A stretch of DNA of 64,000 nucleotides, taken from contig OZ024740.1 in the NCBI GenBank assembly GCA_964016885.1, positions 333,250,001 through 333,314,000 on the forward strand. The letters run 5' to 3'. The notes below the pieces were generated by a model, which was not told the DNA's origin, searched no databases, and saw only the letters and a list, made by a program, of their open reading frames with translations. Position 1 is the stretch's first letter; each line of letters starts with the position of its first letter. Below, piece by piece: positions 52,586 through 64,000 of this stretch. A program made the translations under genes and the position numbers. Origin of the DNA: Eledone cirrhosa (Eukaryota).

Positions 52586-52957
52586 CATAGTGGTTCACCA
52601 TGTTCTTAACTTTCAGGAAAATTCGAAATTTACTGGTATGTTTACATGCCTAATTATTAAAGGTGTTTATATACACATAGATCATCTGGATTACACACTC
52701 TTTAAGCATACAGAAATAACTTTATCGTACACCTTGGATGGTAGTGCACTTCTTAAATATATCTTAATTAACAACCAGCGCTAGCGCTAATTATATTACA
52801 AAAAGTACGTCCATTTCAGAATAAAACTAAGAGCCCGTTTCTTCATGGTTCTTCTAATGAAGGCCGAACTATTTACGAGAGTTAATTAACATCGTTGATC
52901 ATTGATTTCATTTTACAGGGAAATTCGTATTTGTTGGCATGTTGGCTTTCCTACATA

Positions 52958-52992
<35 letters not shown>

Positions 52993-53967
52993 TGTTTATA
53001 TACACATTGGTAATATTAACATCACTCATCACACCCTCACTTCAGGATTTGAAGTTTCATTTTTCTCCTGTACATAGTGTGTGGTCATGATGTCTTAAAC
53101 TTTCTTCGATAACATCAACACTTCAACAATTCTGCAGTTATCTAATCTATCTCACTTGATCCTCTTCGGGCATTGATTAGTTATGCTGATTTCCTCATTT
53201 GAGAAGCCATCATCTGACACCAGCAATTTTTCTATCAATTGTCCTGCTTTGTCGTCTTCGAAAATGTCAACCGGATCCGGTTGATTGATCATTTCCCGGA
53301 AATTAGCCTCTCCTAGGACTATCTTGACATTATTATCTCTTTTAAAATTATCATTTCTAGAATTCAGCACAACGCCAGCAAATTAAAATTCGGGTTTCAG
53401 ATATCTGACCGGAATATATTTGCGAAGAATCCGTATTGCAACAATATTTCTATTGTAATACGCTTAAAAAATGATGATCAAGCAAAAATATTTTCAGATT
53501 GATTATGCTCTCTCACTTATATTTATAGACGTTTCCTTCCATATTTTAGTATTCCACATCATATTGCGTTGACACTTTGATTCATAAATTTCAACATATA
53601 TATATAATTGATAAAAGAAGCGCCCACCTTTTTTTTTTTTTGAGAAAAAGTGTTCTTCAACTATATGATATATATGATTTGCGTTATTAATCCCAGGAAT
53701 CATTTATTTGACTATGCATTCCCCCTACCACCCAATCTTTCCCTGGAGACTTCTATATATATTTTATATTTTCAATCTTGATCAATCTCACCTGAAATCA
53801 ATTAACCTGGACCAGCGTTCTCAATTGAAAATTCATGTAAAGTCCTCAAGATTACAGACTGAAGATGAAATAGACTAACAAATCAAAGATGTTACATGAT
53901 TTATGCGAGATCTTCAACATTATGATTCATGGAAAGTAAAGTTATAAATCTCACTTGATAATTAGCC

Positions 53968-54026
<59 letters not shown>

Positions 54027-54027
<1 letters not shown>

Positions 54028-54163
54028 TCCAGAATTAGCCGTCGAAACGGCTTGAGCTCAGCCGTCGGGGTCCTACTCGTTCCTATTACCCACTCTACTA
54101 CCCTAAGTATTGAGTACTTTGGTGCGTTATGGTCCACCTGGTTCCTTACCACATTTCCTTCGT

Positions 54164-54165
<2 letters not shown>
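54027..54165 (+). mobile_element. Family H 3' fragment
   Basis: Begins in HHR loop II (GTCCAGAATTAGCCGTCGAAA) and ends in (TA)n. Confidence 0.8.
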
Positions 54166-54194
<29 letters not shown>

Positions 54195-54209
54195 ATGTGT
54201 GTGTATATA

Positions 54210-54336
<127 letters not shown>

Positions 54337-54369
54337 TATGTATATATATATGTATATATATATATATAT

Positions 54370-54813
54370 GGGGAGAGTCATATTTGTATATAATAATATT
54401 GCCAGGATTAATAACAGAACACACTCACTCTTTGGTTGGTTTTCGCTTCTGTGTCTTTTATATCCGTTAATTTTATTTATTTGGTCCTCAATGTTGCTAT
54501 TGACTGACCAACGGTCAACAATACACATACAATATAGACACAAACACACATATATATAGTCTAACAAAGTTTTTTCGTTGCAACATCGTCAATGGTGGTA
54601 TTATGTTTCCTCCTGTTGTATCGTATGCCTACGCCATCTTCATTTAGTCTGTTTATTTATTTATTTTTGTCTTCTCTGCGCATGCGTTTGCGTGTGTGTA
54701 TAGTGTTTGATGTGTGTTCGTGTTTGGGTGATTGTGTATTGGTTATTGTATTCTATCTTAGTTTACTAGTGTGTGTTTATATGTGTTTGTTGTTATTGTG
54801 CTTCTGTATGTAT

Positions 54814-54852
<39 letters not shown>

Positions 54853-56148
54853 TGTATATTTCTCTTAGGTCAGTATTGTTTGTTTGGGTGTTGTTATTCC
54901 ATTCATTTTTTCTGTTTAGCCTTGGCCTTCTAAGCTGTATTTCGCTGGCCTCTCTGATTTGTCTATCTGCTGGGTCCTTTCTATGTTTAGATATTATTCT
55001 AATTTCTATGTTGTCTATGTTACCGTCGTGTTGTTGTCAGGCATGTTTGAATAGTACTGAACTGTTTTTTCGTACTTTTAGTTCCCCCCAGTGTTGGTCT
55101 ATCCTTTTACCTATGCTACGAGCTGTCTCGCCTATGTATGTTGTTGTCATGTTTCTGCAAGTACCCTCTGTGCGTCTTAGGCTATAGACTACGCTTCTAG
55201 TTTTACAGTTTATCCGGGCGTTTACTTTACATATAATACATTTCCTATTAGCACAGTGGGTTTTCTTAAAAAGGTAAGTTTTTCTGATCAGGGATTTTAT
55301 GGTGGTTCCCGGCTTTTCTACCACCTTAATCTTTAAGTGGGTCTTTCTCAGGAGTTTTCTACACTGGTTAGCTAATTTCCCTCCAGGGGTAGCGTCCACA
55401 CACATGACACTCTGGTATCTCTGGTTGTCGTACCATGAGATGGCAATCCGTATCCTATCTAAGCTATTCCATGATTTGCTCCTGTATAATGGGCAAATTC
55501 CTTTCATGTCCAGTTCTATGAGTGTCTTATACTTCTCCGTGGCTCCTTCATATATTCTGATACTGTCTCTTTGGTTGAAGCCAGAGAACTGCATGAGGTT
55601 GATGAAGTGTTGGATGTGTCTTTCCATTTCTGTTGGGTCGCACGTGCGGGACACGTTCTTCATCACTCGTACCAAGTCTGCGATCAGAATATTAAACTTA
55701 GCAGTACTGGACATTGATGAGTTTTTGAGTATCAGGTATTTGGAGGCCATGGGTTTAGCGTAGTGTGAGTGGAGAATGTGGGCTCTCTCGGCTATAGTGT
55801 TAATCCAGACTTCAGTGTCTAATACAGCTAGTCTATTGTTATGGTGTTTGGAAGTGTAGTCGATAGCTACAGATATACTCTGGTGTATGGTATCAGCTAT
55901 CTGCTAGATGCTTTCCATTGTGCTACGTTCTAAATCAAACTTGTAGTACTCTCTCGTGGGGATGTCCTTATTTCTATATTGATGCCAACGAGAGTACATG
56001 ATGAGGTCTATGGAGCTCTCATCAAGGAGATGTTTGAGTCTCCTTTCCCACCATACCATAAAAAGGTTAGCAACGTCACCTGCTATGCTGTTATTAATTC
56101 TGGCAATATTATTATACACAAATATGACCCTCCCCAAGTATAACAATA
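54370..56148 (-). mobile_element. Second decayed copy of the 30257-32480 PLE family with degenerate HHR (54563-54596) and inverted tail 56088-56148
   Basis: ORF 55037..55750 is highly similar to 31292-31961; HHR ACCA-TTGACGA-TGTTGCAAC-GAAA-AAAC-TT-TGTT. Confidence 0.9.
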
Positions 56149-56224
56149 TTTGTGTCGACACACAATTTCATATTAAAAACCGTACAAAACTATATATATA
56201 TATATATATATGTATGTATATATA

Positions 56225-56775
56225 TATATATATATACATACTACTGTACGTCTGTATAAATATATGTATGTACGTGTGCATACTTATATTTAAGTAACAG
56301 CCGTACTAAGAGTGGGAAATGAAATTTCGTTTCATTTTTTCCGTTTATCGTTTTCGGTGCACCTGGCCGATTAACCCACTCGATATTCAAATTGGGCTAC
56401 TCAGCCGTTAATATGCATAAGGAAAGTATATACTTTCAGAAGTTCAACAATCTTGCAGGAAGGTATACGTTGCTGACGATAGCTAATAAGCTTGAAACTA
56501 GTACAGCGTTCCTTTGTCAGTGTTGAACAAACGAGCAACGATGGTTGCTAGACACTACGGCTTAATACGGGATGTTTGTTTACAAACACACCGAGCATTT
56601 TAATAAATGTTCGGTGAATCCATACGTACATATGTATATGCGTGCATGTATGTATATATATATATACATGCTACTACACGTCTGTATACATATATGTATG
56701 TACGTGTACATACTTATATTTAAGTAACAGCCGTACTAAGAGTGGGAAATGAAATTTCGTTTCATTTTTTCCGTT
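56225..56775 (+). mobile_element. Retrozyme-like family D, ~1.25 tandem units (period 430)
   Basis: 56241-56346 recurs at 56671-56775; same 3' end (TTTTCCGTT) as 13120. Confidence 0.8.
56468..56508 (+). ncRNA. Minimal type I hammerhead
   Basis: CGTTG-CTGACGA-TAGCT(AATA)AGCTT-GAAA-CTAG-TA-CAGCG. Confidence 0.8.
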
Positions 56776-56817
<42 letters not shown>

Positions 56818-56819
<2 letters not shown>

Positions 56820-57950
56820 GGAATAGGTATGTCCCAGACGGCAGAGCTCAAGCCGTTTCGACGGCTATTTCTGTACTAAATTAGAATTTTTAGCCTGGTA
56901 AATAAATAGCCGAACTTGTCAAGGGGTACTTCCTTATATGGGAAGATTGTAGTTGTCTAGAGGATTGGTCAAAATTTGTTGTAAACACAAATAAATCTAT
57001 CATGGCATTTGGTGGGAGATAGGGGTGGCTGAACATGCCTGTAGAACAATGAAGGAGTGAGTGGAGACGGTCAGGCGTTGAAAGTGAAATCTATACAGCA
57101 GATTCTAAAGATAGTGTATGAAAAGTCGAAGAATTGTTCTGGAGAAAATGGAGGAGGGGAGTTTATAGAATAGGTAATTCAAATGAGAGTAGGAGACAAT
57201 GAAAATATATAAAAAATTACATAGTGAGAAATGAATAAAAAAAAACAAAAAACAGTAGAGTCTAGAAATAGCTTCTATAATTATTAGGTGTTGCTTGTAC
57301 AGCTAAAGCTATAGAAAAGGTTAATAAGTTGAGAATGGAAAATACTAAATAAGGAATTGTAAAAGTGGGTAGTGAAAAAATATAATGCAAACTTTTCAGG
57401 GGCATAACACAGCTGCTATAAATAGTTAGTAAAGCGTAATCCTCCAATGCTATCTTACAATTACTGGTTAATAAGATGAGAATAGAAAATACTAAATAAC
57501 AAATTTTGAAATTGTAGAATTGGAGTAGTAACAAAAAAGATACAACATTACAGTGGTCTAACACATATGCTATACATAGTTAGTAAAGCGTATTCGGCCA
57601 ATTCTATCTTAAAATTAGAGGGGTGGGTGTACTGAGGCTACAGAGGCCCGATGGGATGCATCCTGGTAGGCGAAAGGGGAAAAACAAACGAGGAAGAAGA
57701 TCGTGGAAGGAAGGAAGTGATAGAATGAGACGGGGCGAAGAAGAAAACATAGAGCATAAGTTACACTTTGTAAGAGTTAGCTCTGGACATAAGCTCCAAG
57801 TGAGATTGTAGGTTATATTATTATCTTTGCGGTCCTAATTGATAGAAGCTGTTTCTAGACTCTACTGTTTTTGTTTTTTTACTAATTTCTCACTATCTAA
57901 TTTTTTATATATTTCTTTATGTTCATTGTCTCCTACTCTCATTTGACTTA
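56818..57950 (-). mobile_element. Family H long copy with inverted segment
   Basis: Homologous to 19415-20675; 57182-57288 is the reverse complement of 57833-57944. Confidence 0.65.
56820..56933 (-). ncRNA. Hammerhead, U3-A8 core (family H), stem I partly eroded
   Basis: ACCCC-TTGACAA-GTTCGGCTATTT...AAATAGCCGTC-GAAA-CGGC(TTGAGCTCT)GCCG-TC-TGGG. Confidence 0.7.
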
Positions 57951-57959
57951 CCAGTTTCA

Positions 57960-58290
57960 TGAACAGCAACTGGCAGGATGGTTTAATTCTTAGGGCCGCT
58001 AGCTGTGATTGTCAATCTGACAAAGAAGGAAGACCTAGTGGATGTTAATAACTGGTGAGGCATCGCTCTGCTTTCAGCCCTCTTAGAAGTGAAAGTTTGA
58101 ATACGAAACCACCTCTCATGCACTAAACGGAACCTCACTCTGAGAATATCCTTTATCAATGCATCAACATTCAGAATTCACAAGCGCTCAACTTCATCGA
58201 CTTCCCGAACGTGTTTGACAGTGTACACTGCGAGGCAGTCAGGTAAAAAAATTCCCCCTCTATGGTGTACTACAAAGCATTGTAAAAAAC
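57960..58290 (+). mobile_element. Decayed LINE RT fragment
   Basis: VNLTKKEDLVDVNNW*GIALLS and FIDFPNVFDSVH. Confidence 0.7.
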
Positions 58291-60474
58291 TTCAAAAATT
58301 TTAAAGTCAAATATAGGTACTTCTTGTGAACTGAATATAGAAGAATATAGAAGTCTCGGTAGTCAATTATATGCAGGAAGCTTGTTATTCTTTTAATCAA
58401 TATACGACGTGTTTTTCTTTATTTTTATATATTAAACATTTCTGAAAGTCATATTTGTCGACATACGCTCAAATTTACTTGATACCATATTTTCTTATAT
58501 AATTGGTTTCATCCCAGATTCTTCTATGCGTTAATCGATGGTTTCATCTCTCAGGAATTTTTCACTTTCTTTTTAAATATTTTTTCCATTTGGGTGTTTT
58601 TAGATGATGAATGTTTAATTAGAGTTAAAATACAACCGATTCTCAATTTATAATTTATTGGTTGAATGATTACGAAACATCTTGAAATAAAATTGTTTAT
58701 GCGCATAAATGACCAATAAATGCAGCATATATGAATGCTAGAAGCCGTATTATTATTCCACCTTATTTACGACAATTAGAATCTTTCTTTCATGTGGAAA
58801 GTTTGCTGAAATCGTAGAAAATCAATAATGTATCGACTGTAATAGCATTTTAATTGAAACATGTGAAAGAAAAGCAAATCGGGCGCCATCATTTATGTTA
58901 GTAAATATATCCATGTTTCCGATCACATAATGTCTGAATTACGTGAACAATGTTATGTTTAATCAACAGCTCTTGTAGTTTATTCTTTGCCGTAATCGTT
59001 TCTGATTGTTCATGAAAACACGCCTAGATTCTAAATCAACTCATATTTATTGGACCATGTGTTCTTTACAATGGTTATTGAAATCACATGAGCCACTTCC
59101 TTTTTAATTTTGAGAAGCATATGAATGATTTAAGTATGGCATTACTTTCAAATTATCATTGGGAGTACTCATATGCAATTAATTTGTTTTTAGGGATGAT
59201 GATTACTAATTAAATGTTAAAATAATTCAGTAATCGATTTTAAGAAACGTAGACGAGCGATTCAATTTTGTATACTGCAATGTTTATTCTCATCGAAAAT
59301 ATCCCACATGGTATCGGCGTATGCATTTTAAACAGGAGTCTACTGTCATATAACTGCTGCTCACATTACAATTATAAAGGATTTAGAACGACACAGTTTG
59401 ATTAAAATTAAGCTGTTTATTACACATCAAATGCATACACCTGATTTGAATAAGGTAAATATTTTGGAAATGTTGTAACGGCAGCAATGCTGAATAAATG
59501 TAAAATGAATTACAAACCTAAGTAAAATAAGTGAAACGTGATTACATGCATATGTGTAGAGGGAAATAACTGTTATTGACGGAAAAATCCATTGACATAC
59601 ACAATTATACTATAAAGACATGGGAAACAGTTTGTTTATCGTGACATTAGAACATGTTGGCAAGTGATATGGTCATACAGAAAGAAGGCTTTCAATTTTG
59701 AATTTAAAATATTTGAAAAAAAAAAAATGTATCATCTCTGCCATTCAATGCACATAATTGATATTATTTTCATAGGTCTTTGTATTCTGATTATAATAAA
59801 CGAATATATACATCACAATAATATTATTTCAAGACATATGTAAGCTTGTGGACACACACTATTTGAAAATAGTATAACAATTTATAAAATAATAAAACAA
59901 TACATAAAATTGTCATCAGTTAAGAATGTATTCTTTCATGCCTGCCGCCTGGAAATTATACCTATAGTATATACCGTGACGCGCTACGCATATGCTAAAA
60001 TATTATGTTCAATATTTGCTAAATTACTATGTTCAATATTAAGTTAAATTAACATTCTTCAAGTAATATATGTTTTAAGTTATGAAGTTACTAATGAATG
60101 ATTCTGTACGTGAGCGTATCTGAGTGACTCACTTCATGCATATTTAACTATAAATACAAGATGCGAAAGACCTGATGAACTGGGAGATAAACGATAAACT
60201 GAAATTAAATTATAATATAACGAAAAGCTGATATTATATAACACTAATCATTACTTTATAGAATCGAATAACATATTCACACATATAATCGATGTTTCAT
60301 ATACTGCATTGTAAATATTTTGTCATAGCAATTGTATAATATAAATATTCGTAACATTTACATAATACGAAACATAATTGAATAAGAAAATTAACTAATA
60401 CACCAATGTTACATTGCACACAAACACACACTAACACACACACACACGCACACACATACGCACACACACGCACG

Positions 60475-60618
<144 letters not shown>

Positions 60619-61157
60619 TAAGAGCGGGTGTGCCTGCATGTATATGTGTGCGCGTGTGTATTATTTTGTAAATTCAAGAAATAAGTATGAATATTTATTT
60701 CATCATCAAAATAATTTATACTGTAAGGCATCATTTATGCAATAATTAATTAGGATGGCAAATGTCAAAATGACATTTTCCGATTTTGTTTTTGGTGACT
60801 TTCTCACTTCAACACTGGCATTACATCCCCCCGAGCAAACATCAGTAACACCTCCTACGTGCAAACACATCATTATCTAACCTGTAGTGTTTGATCTTAC
60901 ACTTGCTTAAACAGCAATATAGTTGATAGCACTTCTTCAGGTATTTCATTTTACATTCACTTAAATAAACATTATTTCTTAAAACAATAATATATGTTTT
61001 AAAATAATAAGCACACACCTACTGTTATGCTGAATTTGGTATAACAACGTATCTATCTATTTTCGGAATACTTTTGGAATTCGTGCTGTGAGATTGTTTC
61101 TATTAATGTAGTAGCTGGTGCGAAGATAGATTCATTTGTAAATATAGAAGAGCATAA

Positions 61158-61628
<471 letters not shown>

Positions 61629-61629
61629 G

Positions 61630-61749
61630 TGAAGGCGTATGCCTCAGTGGTTACAGAATTGGATTCGCAATCGTATGGTTGTGAGTTCGATTCCTGGACC
61701 AGGCTATGCGTTATGTCCTTGGGCAAGACACTTTATTTCACGTTGCTCC
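61630..61749 (+). mobile_element. SINE family 2 (tRNA head plus CORE-like), 3'-truncated
   Basis: TGCCTCAGTGGTT...GAGTTCGATTCC, TGTCCTTGGGCAAGACACTTTATTTCACGTTGCTCC. Confidence 0.8.
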
Positions 61750-61852
61750 TTCTACCTGGAGTTGCGAGCGATAGATAGTATTAGCAATTGGAAAGACCAA
61801 CGGAAACATTGTTCCCTCGGTCCGATTTGACGAAATTCGATCGTCTCTAGAA

Positions 61853-61895
<43 letters not shown>

Positions 61896-61998
61896 TATTG
61901 AAGTTTACGTTGATAATTGAAAAAGTCATAGCAGAGAAGAGTGCTCTATGTAAGTACTGAGCTAAATTTTATGTATAATAAACAATACAATATAATTA

Positions 61999-62066
61999 CC
62001 TCATTACCAGAGGTTTCCCGAATAAGACGAATACGAAAAACGTCCTCATTCGTTCATCGGACAAGG
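61999..62066 (-). ncRNA. Type I hammerhead, CCGATGA core
   Basis: CCTTGT-CCGATGA-ACGAATGAGGACG...CGTCTTATTCGG-GAAA-CC(TCT)GG-TA-ATGAGG. Confidence 0.72.
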
Positions 62067-63059
62067 CAATTTAAAACATAGTGAAATATTTGAAAAATCT
62101 CCTAAAGAAAGGCAAGAGTTTAACGGGCAAAAACAATATATAAATCAAAGTAATGCAAGAGATATACAAAAAAATAACGAAATATAGTTAGGGTATGTGT
62201 ATATGTATGTATATGCACTCACAAATGTACATATGTGTGTATGTACAAATGCATGTGTATGGTGAAAATGTGTGCGTAAGTACATATATGAGGGCAAGTA
62301 TATTTGTGTATGTGTGACCACAAATACTTATATAATATGAGTTGAAAAAGAAATTGTAAGATAATATAGTTAACACACATCCAGATACAGGTATTAAATA
62401 TATACACATACGAGTATGAAAGCACGCATATAAACACACACACACGTGGTCACTTATATGCAGAAGATAAAAAGAGAAGGGAGTGTAATAGTAAAAAGAA
62501 GTGTCATTCTCGATATATGTATAACAATGAAACAATATATGAGAATGAAAAACATTTTTTAAATCAAAGAGAAAGTAAGAGGTAGGGGTTATCAATTAAC
62601 ATTAGAAAAAAGAAAACAAACATAGGTACGCACGTACACACATATATATATATATATAAATATATATACATATAAATACGTACAGACAAAAGCGCATGCA
62701 TGTGTACATACATACACACGAGGCACGTATATATATATATATATCGCCACTTGTATATCTAATCACACGTACGTACTCGACTATACATATATATATATAC
62801 ATACACAACCATACATACATATATATACATACATATACACATACATTCACCCACATATACACACACGTATAAAGAAGTATGTAAAAAACATAGATATAAA
62901 AACACACATACACACACATATATATATACGTACGCACGTACACATACGGAGGCGTTCGTATACATATACAGAACGTATACACAAATATGCACACTCACAC
63001 GCATAGATACAAATTATAAACCAGCTGTATAAATAAATGAGTACAAATATAAAATCGGC

Positions 63060-63720
63060 TGCGAAACAGCAGAATATATCTGGAGTGGAAAACGCAAGTG
63101 ACATTTGATATCGTGGTTGGTGTCGGAGATGTGGGAGGCGGAGGGGGTGATTGGGAGAGGGGACAGTGTGTAGTCGAGAAAGGAAGAGATGAGTTCAGTG
63201 GGGCTGTTGCAGGCGGAGACCATGGGGTGGCCGGGGTTGTCGGGTCTGTGGATCTTGGGGAGTAAATCGATGGTGGGGCCTCGGGGGTGCAGACGATGAG
63301 ATGAGATGTGGTTGGAGGGAGGAGGGAGGTGAAGACGAGATGTTGGATGGTGGAGGAAACTTGTTGTTGGCAGAGGGGTTTGGTCGGAAGGTAAAGGGCG
63401 GTAGAATAGGGGGATACGGAGCTGTCTGAGATCTTCCGGCGTGTAGAGTTCAGCGCGCTTTCCCACCACGGTTTCTCCCTTGTCCGCCGGTTTCATGACG
63501 ATGTCGTCGTGGTTACGAAGGGAGCGGAGAGCGAGAAGTTCGACACGTGTGATGTTATTCCGTTTGAAGCGGCGGCATAACTGGAGGCGATTTACTGCGC
63601 TACAGCAAGCGTCAACGAACGCGTCCAGGGTGCTAAATTGCCCGGTGTCGGCGTCCAAAAAGATGGTCGTCGGCCCAGGGCGAGAAAGGGATCTGGGAGG
63701 CTCGAAACGTAAGGTCAATT
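63060..63720 (-). mobile_element. Decayed Neptune-type PLE, RT N-terminal part (GC-rich family)
   Basis: NITRVELLALRSLRNHDDIVMKPADKG, LLPKIHRPDNPGHPMVSACNSPTELISSFLD. Confidence 0.85.
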
Positions 63721-63846
63721 ATCACCCACACAACACCATAGAATCTCTCACGTCCGACATTACCAGCACTATCCATTATTGATAGAAGATATCTGATTCA
63801 GGCGTGCCACCACTATATATATATATATATATACATACATATATAC

Positions 63847-63937
<91 letters not shown>

Positions 63938-63944
63938 TATACAT

Positions 63945-63990
<46 letters not shown>

Positions 63991-64000
63991 ATGTATGTAT

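Noticed and set aside
52700-53500. Possible piggyBac-like transposase remnant on the minus strand
   Set aside because: Only an acidic stretch; no diagnostic motif readable.

Overview
AT-rich, microsatellite-saturated animal genomic DNA with no recognisable host gene. SINE types and (TA)n/(CA)n density suggest an octopod cephalopod (inference). Most of the ORF track is microsatellite artefact. Real coding remnants are all transposon-derived: a 5'-truncated but uninterrupted Neptune-type Penelope-like element (PLE; RT plus C-terminal GIY-YIG, 32481-34475), two decayed copies of a second PLE family, further PLE fragments, RTE-like and CRE-like LINE fragments, a decayed hAT/Buster transposase, and an orphan coiled-coil ORF with PLE-style architecture. 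The main hidden signal is RNA: reading by eye gives about 21 hammerhead-ribozyme (HHR) motifs in about 13 sequence families. Three unrelated families carry the covarying U3-A8 core (TTGANAA) and three carry a CCGANGA core. At least two ORF-less families occur as head-to-tail 320-430 nt tandem units (retrozyme-like, predicted circular-RNA intermediates). Almost all sit in (TA)n tracts with 5' inverted (fold-back) copies of their own 3' ends, and breakpoints often fall in HHR stem II. Folds and alignments were done by eye; no searches were run.
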